From the NCBI GenBank assembly GCA_031267725.1, contig JAIRYO010000039.1, positions 1 through 46,042 on the forward strand: a stretch of DNA of 46,042 bases, written 5' to 3'. Shown one piece after another: positions 1-8,742 of this stretch; within the stretch, counting starts at the first letter, position 1; each line of letters starts with the position of its first letter. This stretch comes from Holosporales bacterium (GTDB lineage: Bacteria > Pseudomonadota > Alphaproteobacteria > RUG11792). The notes under the pieces are model-generated. The model searched no databases. It saw nothing but the letters and a program-made list of their open reading frames with translations, and was not told the DNA's origin. Made by a program: the position numbers and the translations under genes.

Positions 1-2
1 AT

Positions 3-188
3 AGGAGGAAGGAACTTGAGAAGTTGGCAAAGGATGCTGGATGTATAGTTTTATTCCTTCCAGCATATTCCCCAGATCTCAATCCGATTGAACAATTCTG
101 GAGTTGGGTTAAGAGAAAACTGAGAGAGATTTTGCACAATTATGCTTCTTTAGACGAAACCATCCAAGCCTCCTTTCAACTAATTTGA
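3..188 (+). mobile_element. IS630/Tc1-mariner family DDE transposase, C-terminal fragment (5' part lies outside the window)
   Basis: Frame +3 reads RRKELEKLAKDAGCIVLFLPAYSPDLNPIEQFWSWVKRKLREILHNYASLDETIQASFQLI*, with stop TGA at 186-188. The LPxYSPDLNPIEQxW block is the signature around the last catalytic acidic residue of IS630-family transposases. Confidence 0.8.
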
Positions 189-190
189 GT

Positions 191-503
191 ATATATAGCA
201 ATCTCTGAATATTACTTAGAGGGATTGGTAATCTATTATATAAAGGTGAAGAGATTGCTTTATATATCTTGTCTAAAGCATTATAAAAAAAATACAAAAA
301 TCATTTAAGCATGGTTTACGGTCTATTCAGACTGGGCCGCCTGAGTCATGTTAAGTTTGAGGCTGGCCGAGTGGTTCTCAAGGTCTTAAGCATTCGTTGA
401 AGATCTATGTTTGCGGCCGGCCGCTTTGTTCAAGCTTTAATAGGAAAAGGATGAAAAGAAAAAAATACAAAAATCATTGGGGCATGGTTTTATGAACGTA
501 TAC
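191..503. repeat. Half copy of the composite palindromic repeat: central module (191-267) plus one complete arm, ending in the terminal module
   Basis: ATATATAGCAATCTCT...AGAGATTGCTTTATATAT (191-267) is followed by the arm ...AAATACAAAAATCATTTAAGCATGGTTTACGGTCTATTCAGACTGGGCCGCC...TTGTTCAAGCTTTAATAGG...CATTGGGGCATGGTTTTATGAACGTATAC. It matches the arms at 23774-24370 and 35632-36333. Confidence 0.9.
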
Positions 504-579
504 CATAGATTTGACAACTAATTTAGTTGCCAATTCCCATAGATACACACCTGGACAAATCCATCCCCCTTAATGTAGA

Positions 580-2928
580 ATGAAGCTGTTATGCTGTATA
601 GAGTTGATCGCGTTACAAATGGCTAAAGAGATGAAAAGGCAATTGCCGCTGGTTGCATTGAGGGATACAGTTGTTTTTCCTGAGTTTGTTATTCCGCTTT
701 TCATAGGTCGTCCGAAATCAATAAAAGCTGTAGAAAATGCCCTTAACGGTGATAAGCAAGTTGTTTTTGTGACGCAAAAAGATTCAACTCTCGATGTTGT
801 TGTACCTGAAGATCTTTACAAATTTGGAACAGTTTGTCATATAAGTCAAATGATAAGGTTAACAGATGGTACGGTGAAAATATTAGCTGAAGGATTGTAT
901 AGAGCCTCGATTGAGGAAATAGTCGACGACGAATCAATGATGTTGGGAGTAGCAATCGAAGCGAAAATCAGTAAAGTGGATACGAAAAAGCTTGATGCTT
1001 TAAGACTCGCCATTCTTTCAAATTTTGAATCGTTCTTCAAACAAAATAGAAAAATTCCAGCGGATGTTTTCTCTTCTATTTCATCTATTGAAGCTCCTTC
1101 GAAACTATGCGACACAGTAGCATCTTACCTTCCTCTTAAAATAAGTGAACGACAAAACGTACTAGAAATACTCTCAGTCAGAGAAAGGCTAGAAAAATTG
1201 ATATACCTGATGGAAGAGAGATCTGAGCTTGTTTTAGTCGAGAAAAAGATTAAGAACCGGGTAAAGAAGCAAGTGGAAAAAAATCAAAAGGAGTATTACC
1301 TAAATGAGCAATTAAAAGCCATATATAGAGAGCTTGGAGATGCTGAAGATGTAAATCAAGAAGCTAGAGCACTTGGACAAAAGATAAAAAAATCTAATAT
1401 GTCAGTTGAAGCGAAAGAAAAGGCTCTTACCGAACTTAAAAGGTTAAGGAGCATGCCTCCTCTTTCGCAAGAGGGAGGCATAGTGAGGACTTATTTGGAT
1501 TGGTTGTTTAATATACCATGGAGTCGTTCAACAAACGATTCTTCCCTAAAAGAATCTCAAGAGATCTTGGATAAGAGTCATTACGGATTAGAAAAGGTCA
1601 AAGAGCGCATAATGGAATATTTGGCAGTTCAAAAAAGGGTTTCTGAAATGAAAGCTCAGATAATGTGTTTTGTTGGGCCGCCCGGTGTAGGAAAAACGTC
1701 ATTAGGAAAAGCCATAGCAGATGCAACTAAAAGATCTTTCGTTAGGGTTGCGCTCGGAGGAATTAACGATGAAGCTGAAATAAGAGGGCATAGAAAGGCA
1801 TACATTGGAGCAATGCCAGGAAAAATAATGCAGGCCATGAAAAAAGCAAAGACGATTAACCCTGTAATAATGCTGGATGAAATAGACAAATTGGATTCAG
1901 ATTGGAGGGGGGATCCTGCGGCTGCTCTTCTGGAAGTACTGGATCCAGAGCAGAACCGGTCTTTCGTTGACCATTATATAGAGGTTCCATACGATTTGTC
2001 TGAAGTCATGTTTATAACGACGGCGAATAGTCTGAACATTCCTCCTGCCCTTCTTGATCGTATGGAAGTTATAGCTCTTTCAGGATACACAGAAGAAGAA
2101 AAAGTTAGTATTGCTAAGATTCATATAATTCCGAAACAGTTGAAATCTAACGGGCTAAAGGATGGAGAAATCGAATTTTTGGATTCTGCAGTAATAAAAA
2201 TCATTTCGAGTTACACTATGGAATCCGGAGTTAGGAGTCTCGAGAGAGAAATTTCTAAAATCTGTAGAAAGATAGTAAAGAAAATAGTTTCTGAAGAGTG
2301 TAGTGGGTTAACAATAATCGAAGATGCAAATTTAGCTGATTATCTCGGCGCGGAAAAACATTCCATGCTTAAATCTGATAAAAACCCTAAAGTTGGAGTA
2401 GTAATGGGGCTTGCCTGGACGGAAGCTGGGGGAGACGTTCTTGAGGTAGAGTCCCTTCTTCTCTCTGGAAGCGGAAATATAATATCAACCGGAAAGCTTG
2501 GGGAGGTTATGCAAGAATCCATAAAGGCTGCATATAGTTATGTTAAGTCTCAATCAAAGAGGTTTGGGCTGGATCCTAAAAATTTTAATAAAACAGACAT
2601 TCATATTCACGTTCCAGAAGGGGCCGTTCCGAAGGATGGGCCTTCCGCTGGTATTACTGTATGCACTGCTATAGTTTCGGCATTAACCAATAAGAAGGTA
2701 AAGTCAGATATAGCAATGACCGGAGAAATAACTTTGGTGGGAAAAGTCCTAGGTATCGGCGGTCTCAAGGAAAAATTACTGGCTGCGAGAAGGAGCGGAA
2801 TCAGAAAGGTTTTCATTCCACAGGAAAACGAAAAGGATATTTCGGAATTGCCAAGAATTTTAAAGGACGAGATAAAGATAGAATGCGTCAGGCACGTTGA
2901 CGAAGTTTTAAGTAAGGTGTTTGCATGA
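580..2928 (+). CDS. lon: ATP-dependent Lon protease
   Basis: 782-aa ORF with an N-terminal Lon substrate-binding domain, Walker A GPPGVGKTS, Walker B IMLDEIDK, and protease Ser/Lys context PKDGPSAGIT...KEKLLAARR. The ATG at 619 or 631 (MAKEMKRQLPLVALRD...) aligns better with other Lon N-termini than 580. Confidence 0.97.
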   Translation: MKLLCCIELIALQMAKEMKRQLPLVALRDTVVFPEFVIPLFIGRPKSIKAVENALNGDKQVVFVTQKDSTLDVVVPEDLYKFGTVCHISQMIRLTDGTVKILAEGLYRASIEEIVDDESMMLGVAIEAKISKVDTKKLDALRLAILSNFESFFKQNRKIPADVFSSISSIEAPSKLCDTVASYLPLKISERQNVLEILSVRERLEKLIYLMEERSELVLVEKKIKNRVKKQVEKNQKEYYLNEQLKAIYRELGDAEDVNQEARALGQKIKKSNMSVEAKEKALTELKRLRSMPPLSQEGGIVRTYLDWLFNIPWSRSTNDSSLKESQEILDKSHYGLEKVKERIMEYLAVQKRVSEMKAQIMCFVGPPGVGKTSLGKAIADATKRSFVRVALGGINDEAEIRGHRKAYIGAMPGKIMQAMKKAKTINPVIMLDEIDKLDSDWRGDPAAALLEVLDPEQNRSFVDHYIEVPYDLSEVMFITTANSLNIPPALLDRMEVIALSGYTEEEKVSIAKIHIIPKQLKSNGLKDGEIEFLDSAVIKIISSYTMESGVRSLEREISKICRKIVKKIVSEECSGLTIIEDANLADYLGAEKHSMLKSDKNPKVGVVMGLAWTEAGGDVLEVESLLLSGSGNIISTGKLGEVMQESIKAAYSYVKSQSKRFGLDPKNFNKTDIHIHVPEGAVPKDGPSAGITVCTAIVSALTNKKVKSDIAMTGEITLVGKVLGIGGLKEKLLAARRSGIRKVFIPQENEKDISELPRILKDEIKIECVRHVDEVLSKVFA

Positions 2929-2976
2929 AAAGTTCTTTTATCCACACGCAGCTACATCAAAGGGAACAGGAAGGTA

Positions 2977-3753
2977 ATGATAGATTCACACGCACATCTC
3001 TATTTTGAGGAGATTTATCAGGATCTAGCAGAAAAGTTGAGACTGATGAAATTGGTTGGGGTTGATTATGTATTAACCGTCTGTACCGATTCAAAAACAA
3101 TGCCAACGAATATATCAATCGCAGAGAGTTACGACAATGTATTTTGCTCAGTTGGAATCCACCCTCATCATTTTAAGGAAGGTTATGATTTGGATGAAAT
3201 ACTTTTTCTCTCGAAGAGAAAGAAAGTCGTCGCTATTGGAGAAGTTGGTTTGGATTATCATTACGCAGATGAAACACCAAAAAGTGATCAGATAAAGTTA
3301 TTTAGAGATATGTTGTCGATATCTGAAAAGACAGACCTGCCATATATCTTCCACGCTAGAGAATGCTTTAAAGACATCTTGAACATTCTATCCGAATATA
3401 ATATAGGTTCTGCGGTATTTCACTGTTATACTGACTCGCTAGAAAACGTAAAAAGGGTTCTTGATCTAGGATATTATATTTCATTTTCCGGAGTTGTTAC
3501 TTTCAAGAACTCAGTAGATCTTCGCGAAATCGTGAAATACGTTCCTGAAAATAGGTTTTTGATTGAAACTGATTGTCCGTATTTAGCTCCAATCCCATAT
3601 CGCGGCCACACAAATGAACCGGCATTTGTTAGTCTTGTCGCTGAATGCATTGCGAATCTTAGAGGTATTTCGGTTGATGCTGTTTCAGATTTGACAACTA
3701 AGAATTTCTTTGAACTGTTTAAGAAAGCAAAACTTTTTATTGAGGAAAATTGA
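2977..3753 (+). CDS. tatD: TatD/YcfH-family metal-dependent hydrolase (DNase)
   Basis: 258 aa with motifs DSHAHL, GEVGLDYHY, FHCY and ETDCPYLAP. A purine-rich AGGAAGG sits just upstream of the ATG. Confidence 0.9.
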   Translation: MIDSHAHLYFEEIYQDLAEKLRLMKLVGVDYVLTVCTDSKTMPTNISIAESYDNVFCSVGIHPHHFKEGYDLDEILFLSKRKKVVAIGEVGLDYHYADETPKSDQIKLFRDMLSISEKTDLPYIFHARECFKDILNILSEYNIGSAVFHCYTDSLENVKRVLDLGYYISFSGVVTFKNSVDLREIVKYVPENRFLIETDCPYLAPIPYRGHTNEPAFVSLVAECIANLRGISVDAVSDLTTKNFFELFKKAKLFIEEN

Positions 3754-3836
3754 TGAAAAAAGTAGAAAAGTTATTTTTGAATTCAAGGAGGTTTAGAGAA
3801 TTGGCAAGAGAATCGTTAAGGAAAAAGGATTAATTT

Positions 3837-5156
3837 ATGTCTGGAAAGCGTAAAGAATTAGGGTTTATCACACTTATTTCGATTGTCATAAGTAGCCAGC
3901 TTGGCTCTGGCGCGTTTTTTTTGCCTGCCCAATTAGCTCCCTTTAAAACGGTAGGACTTTTCGGATGGCTTGTATCTGTCGCTGGAGCAATATCATTGGC
4001 ACTGGTCTTCTCCGACCTATCCTCGCATTTACCAAAAAACGGAGGACCTCACGTTTATGTTACGGAGGCGTTTGGCCGAGTTGCAGGATTTTTTACTGCG
4101 TGGTTATATTGGATAATATCCTGGTCAAGTAATTCCGTTCTACTTGTCACGGCTCTAGGGTATCTAACTATCCTAACTGGTAAATTAGGTTCATTTGAAA
4201 CGTTTGCGATAGAAGCAATCATTCTTTTTTCGATAACTTATATTAACATTGTTGGGATGAAATTTTCCGGCAAGATTGAAATCTTTTTAACTATGTTTAA
4301 GATCCTTCCCTTGATTTTTTTACCTATTGTTTTTTTTATGTTTTTCGATCCATCATTTTTTAAAATCTCGCTAAAAGAGGGAGCGCAAGTCGGAGACGTA
4401 TTAACAACAATTTCAAAAACAGCGCTTCTAACTTTTTGGGGATTTATAGGGGTTGAATGCGCGACAACTCCGGCGCAAAGCGTTAAGAATCCTCAAAAAA
4501 CGATTCCAAGAGCGATTATTATTGGAACTTCATGCGTCGCGTTGGTATACCTTATGAATACAGTATCTATAACAGGAGTTGTCGGATTTGAAAAATTGGA
4601 AGGAGCAGCTGCGCCATATGCGATAGTTATGAATAGCATATTCGCAAACTATAGTGATGTACTGATATCGATGTTGGCAACCATAGTCTGTGTCGGGACT
4701 TTAAACGCTTGGACATTAACAAGTGGACAAATTGCGTATGGAGCGTATGAAGACGGACTTTTTCCAAAAATATTCGGGAAAACAAATAAATCCGGAGCGC
4801 CAAAGGCCGCATTACTAATCGCTGCATTTGGAATTCTTCCATTTTTAGCATTGGAGCAATTCGAACAAGGAGGCCTTGGAAAATTGATTGACATGTTGGT
4901 TAGCGTTTTCATTTTTGTCTATCTTGTATGTTGCATTTCCTATATGAAACTTATCAAAAAATGGTATGGAGCTAACAAAAAGAAAAAGATAAGATCACAG
5001 CTTTTGGCACAATTTTCGGCGATATTTTGTATTTTTACCTTATCGCAGGATCTCATTTCTTCTATAATCGTTCTTCTAATATTCATATCAGTCGGTATTC
5101 CAGTATTTTTAAAATATAAAAATACCATTAAAAATACGTTGATAATTGAGGATTAA
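3837..5156 (+). CDS. APC-superfamily basic amino acid/polyamine antiporter (PotE/AdiC/ArcD-like)
   Basis: 439 aa and about 12 hydrophobic segments. The N-terminal SSQLGSGAFFLPAQLA...GWLVSVAGAISLALVFSDLSSHLPKNGGPHVYV pattern is typical of the APA subfamily. Confidence 0.8.
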   Translation: MSGKRKELGFITLISIVISSQLGSGAFFLPAQLAPFKTVGLFGWLVSVAGAISLALVFSDLSSHLPKNGGPHVYVTEAFGRVAGFFTAWLYWIISWSSNSVLLVTALGYLTILTGKLGSFETFAIEAIILFSITYINIVGMKFSGKIEIFLTMFKILPLIFLPIVFFMFFDPSFFKISLKEGAQVGDVLTTISKTALLTFWGFIGVECATTPAQSVKNPQKTIPRAIIIGTSCVALVYLMNTVSITGVVGFEKLEGAAAPYAIVMNSIFANYSDVLISMLATIVCVGTLNAWTLTSGQIAYGAYEDGLFPKIFGKTNKSGAPKAALLIAAFGILPFLALEQFEQGGLGKLIDMLVSVFIFVYLVCCISYMKLIKKWYGANKKKKIRSQLLAQFSAIFCIFTLSQDLISSIIVLLIFISVGIPVFLKYKNTIKNTLIIED

Positions 5157-5159
5157 CCT

Positions 5160-6395
5160 ATGATAGAAAGACTTATTGCGATGAGATATCTGAGCTCTAG
5201 AAAAGGCTCTGGGTTTGCGTATGTTGTAACCTGGTTTTCATTCATAGGAATCGCACTTGGTGTTGCAACGCTGATAATAGTTACATCTGTTATGAATGGA
5301 TTTAGAGAAGAGCTTCTCGAGAAAATTGTGGGAATGAAGGGACATATTATAGTTTTAAAAACGAGCCATATAGGAATATCGGAGTACGAAACTCTCGCTT
5401 CAAAAATAAGATCCAGTGATAACGAAATCGAGCAAGTGATCCCTCAGATTGAAAGGCAGATTGTGCTAATTTCAAATGGAAACCCAAAGGGAGTTTTGGT
5501 TCACGGACTTTCAAAAGAATCTTTAAAATCGAAAACCTTGATATCAAAAAATATAGTGTCTGGAGAAATAGAAAAATTTTCTGGACAAGGTGTTTTTATC
5601 GGGAAAAGATTGGCAGATGTGGAAAGGTTACATATCGGAGATTTTTTAAAAATACTTGTTCCAGACGGATTGATAACTCCATTTGGAAAATTACCGAAAG
5701 AAGAGCAATTTGAGGTTTTGGGAATTTTTGAAATTGGAATGAGTGAATACGATAAAAACATCATATTAATGCCTTTAGAAGCCGCCCAATCGTTATTTGA
5801 TTTCGAAAACAGAGTATCTCAAATTGAAATTTTTCTTAAAAATGTTGACAAGTCGGAACGGATATCTAAAAAACTCGCAAATGAAATTGAAAGCGAATTC
5901 AGCATCTTCGATTGGAAGCATTCTGATTCAAGTATTTTTCATGCGGTAGTTGTCGAAAAAAATGTTATGACGCTGATTTTGAGTATAATAGTTTTAGTTG
6001 CAGTTTTTAATATAATATCCGGGTTAACGATGTTAACCAACAGCAAGATCAAAGATATCGCTATTCTTAGAACAATAGGACTAACTCGGAGGTCTATTTT
6101 AAAAATCTTTTTTTTAATAGGCTCTTTAGTAGGAGTTCTCGGGACAAGTGTTGGGGTTATCCTCGGAATTACTGTTTCATTGAACATCGATAAAATTAAG
6201 CAATTTTTGGAACAATTTGCTGATAGAGGGCTTTTTAGTGAAGAGATTTACTTTCTTTCCCAAATCCCGTCAAAAACAGATTGGAATGAAGTTTTTTGCA
6301 TCATTCTTTTTTCTATTCTTCTGTGCCTTCTTGCAACGATTTATCCGGCAAGAAAAGCTTCAAAATTAGAACCAGCAGAGGCGTTGAGAATATAG
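5160..6395 (+). CDS. lolC: Lipoprotein-releasing ABC transporter permease, LolC/LolE family
   Basis: 411 aa with an N-terminal TM, a large periplasmic MacB-like domain and a C-terminal FtsX-type TM bundle ending YPARKASKLEPAEALR. It starts 4 nt after the permease stop. Confidence 0.85.
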   Translation: MIERLIAMRYLSSRKGSGFAYVVTWFSFIGIALGVATLIIVTSVMNGFREELLEKIVGMKGHIIVLKTSHIGISEYETLASKIRSSDNEIEQVIPQIERQIVLISNGNPKGVLVHGLSKESLKSKTLISKNIVSGEIEKFSGQGVFIGKRLADVERLHIGDFLKILVPDGLITPFGKLPKEEQFEVLGIFEIGMSEYDKNIILMPLEAAQSLFDFENRVSQIEIFLKNVDKSERISKKLANEIESEFSIFDWKHSDSSIFHAVVVEKNVMTLILSIIVLVAVFNIISGLTMLTNSKIKDIAILRTIGLTRRSILKIFFLIGSLVGVLGTSVGVILGITVSLNIDKIKQFLEQFADRGLFSEEIYFLSQIPSKTDWNEVFCIILFSILLCLLATIYPARKASKLEPAEALRI

Positions 6396-6400
6396 TCAAC

Positions 6401-7141
6401 ATGATCTTTAAAATCCTTTCAGATTGTTTTTTATTCCTGAGTAATGACTATCTGCTTATGGCAATTGCTGCAGCTTTATTTATTTTCTCAACAAAAAAAG
6501 ATAACACAGAATTAATTTTACTACTCCTTTTTGCAATGATGTATAAGGCCATTTTGAAAGACATATTTAAATTACCCGCCCCACTGACTTCTCCAACTCT
6601 TAATTATGGTTTTCCAAGCGGACACATGAATTTTGCAACTGTATTTTATGTTTTTCTCATGTTTAAATACAGTACTAAAAGTATGTATATCTTAGGGATA
6701 ACTTCTTTAATTTTGACTGGATGGAGCATCGTGTATTTTGGATATCATACTATCAGCGATGTGATACTGACTCCCCTTTTTGGAATTTTTTCTGTAGGAC
6801 TATATAGGGTATTACTCGGTGAAACTAATAAAAACATAATTATTTTGATATTCATGATAGCTGCGACAGTTTGTCAGATGATTTCATTGATTTTGATTGA
6901 TTCGATGAAATGCGATTTGATAATAGGTTCTTATGCGACTTTTGGTTTTGGCTCTTCCATCCTGTTCCAGAATGATCCTAAAAAGCTGGTAATCTCATTT
7001 GCTTGTTTAATTCTATTTTTTCTCTTCTCGGATGATGTAACTCAATCTGTATTAAACATGAAATGGAGCGTTATATTCGCCCTATTGCCAATCTTTAAAA
7101 AGCAAGCATCCCGCCGAAGATGTAAAATCAAAGACAATTAG
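6401..7141 (+). CDS. PAP2-superfamily membrane phosphatase-like protein (variant motifs)
   Basis: Polytopic membrane protein with KDIFKLPAP / FPSGH / SIVYFGYHTISD, corresponding to PAP2 motifs Kx6RP / PSGH / SRx5Hx3D. Both Arg positions are substituted. The ATG at 6401 is chosen because the 6296 start would overlap lolC by 100 nt. Confidence 0.6.
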   Translation: MIFKILSDCFLFLSNDYLLMAIAAALFIFSTKKDNTELILLLLFAMMYKAILKDIFKLPAPLTSPTLNYGFPSGHMNFATVFYVFLMFKYSTKSMYILGITSLILTGWSIVYFGYHTISDVILTPLFGIFSVGLYRVLLGETNKNIIILIFMIAATVCQMISLILIDSMKCDLIIGSYATFGFGSSILFQNDPKKLVISFACLILFFLFSDDVTQSVLNMKWSVIFALLPIFKKQASRRRCKIKDN

Positions 7142-7161
7142 AATTGAAAACGAGACCTCGT

Positions 7162-7237
7162 TGGTGGGCGCCGTAGGATTCGAACCTACGACCCACTGAT
7201 TAAGAGTCAGTTGCTCTACCAACTGAGCTAGGCGCCC
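7162..7237 (-). tRNA. tRNA-Lys (anticodon CUU), CCA encoded
   Basis: The reverse complement folds as GGGCGCC-TA-GCTC-AGTTGGTA-GAGC-A-ACTGA-CTCTTAA-TCAGT-GGGTC-GTAGG-TTCGAAT-CCTAC-GGCGCCC-A-CCA. Confidence 0.92.
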
Positions 7238-7243
7238 AAAAAC

Positions 7244-7320
7244 TGGCGTCTCCTACGGGATTTGAACCCGTGTTGCCGCCGTGAGAGGGCGGTGTCCTAG
7301 ACCCCTAGACGAAGGAGACC
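7244..7320 (-). tRNA. tRNA-Glu (anticodon CUC), CCA encoded
   Basis: The reverse complement is GGTCTCC-TT-CGTC-TAGGGGTCTA-GGAC-A-CCGCC-CTCTCAC-GGCGG-CAAC-ACGGG-TTCAAAT-CCCGT-AGGAGAC-G-CCA. It closely resembles the E. coli tRNA-Glu scaffold. Confidence 0.9.
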
Positions 7321-7391
7321 CATCCTCTGGATTGTGCCAAAAATATTCGCGATTTGCAAGTTAAAATGGAGTTTTTAAAATGGAATTTCAT

Positions 7392-7616
7392 GTATACGTT
7401 CATATAGCTGGGGACAAAAGAGAGGTATCTTGAACTCTCGTTACTCTGTAAGCAATCTCTTCACCCTTTATATACATACCCCCCTCTAAGTAATATTCAG
7501 AGATTGCTATATATCTTGTTTGAAGTATTGTAAAGAAATACAAAAATCATTGGGGCATGGTTTACTGCCTATTCAGGCTGGGCCATGCCGAATTTAGGGT
7601 TGTTACAGAATTCATA
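7392..7616. repeat. Composite repeat copy: terminal module + central module (7449-7514, inverted relative to 191-267) + partial arm
   Basis: GTATACGTTCATATAGCTGGGGACAAAAGAGAGG...AAGCAATCTCTTCACCC...CTCTAAGTAATATTCAGAGATTGCTATATAT CTTGTTTGAAG...AAATACAAAAATCATTGGGGCATGGTTTACTGCCTATTCAGGCTGGGCC. Confidence 0.85.
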
Positions 7617-7645
7617 ACTTTTCTACATACTTAGTTTTCAAGTGA

Positions 7646-8245
7646 GTGTGGATGTTTTTTGGACATGAGCGTATATTAGGAGCAAAGTTGAAAGATGTTT
7701 TTGAGAGAATTGTTACCGTTGTGATACTTAAGATATTTAAAGTGATTTTCCTTTTTCTTGCAATATGCATAATCGGTTACTGTATATCGAGAAGTGAAAA
7801 GCCGGATAAACTCACTGAAGTTTCACCTTTAGTTATAAAAAAGAATTCAGGAGAGGTTATAAGGTATAGTAAACGATTCAAAAATGGAACACTACTTCTT
7901 TCGGCAAAAATGGCAAATTTAAAAACTAATGATTGTGTATTCATGGAGGATATGGAAGCAACTTTCAAAAAGGGGAATAGAATAATCATTGTCAAGGCTA
8001 AAGCATGCGAATTAAACACCAAAGAGAAAAAGGTATATCTTAAAAAAAATGTTCAGATAAATTCAGAAGACATGATCTGTAATACAGAATCTGCTATAAT
8101 TGATCTCGAATCAAATTTAATAACGGGGAATTCAAAAGTAAGCGGTAGCTCTCATAAAACAAAGTTTACATCAGATGGTTTTTCGATACATGATAATGGA
8201 CAGATTAAGTTAAAACGAGCAGTGATAACAAAGGTAACTAAATGA
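7646..8245 (+). CDS. lptC: LptC-like LPS export protein (membrane-anchored OstA-fold)
   Basis: 199 aa with a single N-terminal TM (IFKVIFLFLAICIIGYCI) followed by a beta-rich domain. It lies immediately upstream of lptA-lptB with an ATGA stop/start overlap. The start is GTG 7646 or ATG 7652. The call rests mainly on context. Confidence 0.55.
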   Translation: MWMFFGHERILGAKLKDVFERIVTVVILKIFKVIFLFLAICIIGYCISRSEKPDKLTEVSPLVIKKNSGEVIRYSKRFKNGTLLLSAKMANLKTNDCVFMEDMEATFKKGNRIIIVKAKACELNTKEKKVYLKKNVQINSEDMICNTESAIIDLESNLITGNSKVSGSSHKTKFTSDGFSIHDNGQIKLKRAVITKVTK

Positions 8246-8742
8246 ATAGATTTTCTCTTATAGAAATCACATTGTTTTTTACTTTTTTTACTCCTTCCGC
8301 ATTTCCCATGGGGACAAGCGCAGATGAGATCTCTATCGATCCTAAAACGAATACGTACACTCTATCTGGTAACGCAATCGCTAAGGATGATGGAAAAGTA
8401 TTCAAAGCCAATACCATCATTATCAAGAGCGAAAATTCAAAAAAAACGACTAGAATAACAGCGAATGGAAATGTATCTTATCAAGAAGGGGGCACTGTTA
8501 TAGTTTCTGATTTGTGCAAGAGTGATATGAGTCTCATTATATTTTCCGGGAATGTTGTAATAAGGAATCCTAAACTTGGAACAATTCATGCGGATAAAAT
8601 TGAATACAATATTAAAACAAAAAACATGGACATAACCTCCAACAAAAAAGTAAGATTGAAGTTTGGTAAAGAAGCTGAAAACAATTTCAATAAGAGAAAT
8701 AAAGGTGATTCTAGAGGCAAACAACATAACAAAATCTTTTAA
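8242..8742 (+). CDS. lptA: LptA-like periplasmic LPS transport protein (OstA N-terminal domain)
   Basis: 166 aa with a signal peptide (FFTFFTPSAFP) and OstA-type strands (TLSGNAIAKDDGKVFKANTIIIK, ITANGNVSYQEG, FSGNVVIRNPKLGTIHADKIEYNIKTKNMDI). It sits between lptC-like and lptB. Confidence 0.75.
   Translation: MNRFSLIEITLFFTFFTPSAFPMGTSADEISIDPKTNTYTLSGNAIAKDDGKVFKANTIIIKSENSKKTTRITANGNVSYQEGGTVIVSDLCKSDMSLIIFSGNVVIRNPKLGTIHADKIEYNIKTKNMDITSNKKVRLKFGKEAENNFNKRNKGDSRGKQHNKIF

Noticed and set aside
2938-2946. A perfect DnaA-box consensus, TTATCCACA, in the lon-tatD spacer, suggesting an origin.
   Set aside because: It is a single box with no cluster and no AT-rich unwinding element or dnaA/dnaN/hemE-type neighbours. 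One 9-mer match in 46 kb on both strands is within chance expectation.
6296-6400. An upstream extension of the PAP2 ORF overlapping the lolC 3' end by 100 nt.
   Set aside because: The extension (MHHSFFYSSVPSCNDLSGKK...) has no membrane or PAP2 features and lies in an alternative frame of the conserved LolC C-terminus. The ATG at 6401, just after the lolC stop, is the more plausible start.
7162-7320. Adjacent tRNA-Lys(CUU) and tRNA-Glu(CUC), both C34 isoacceptors, in an AT-rich reduced genome.
   Set aside because: It is mildly unexpected, because U34 isoacceptors can read both codons. However, many alphaproteobacteria, including reduced ones, keep C34 copies. Without the full tRNA set, nothing can be concluded.
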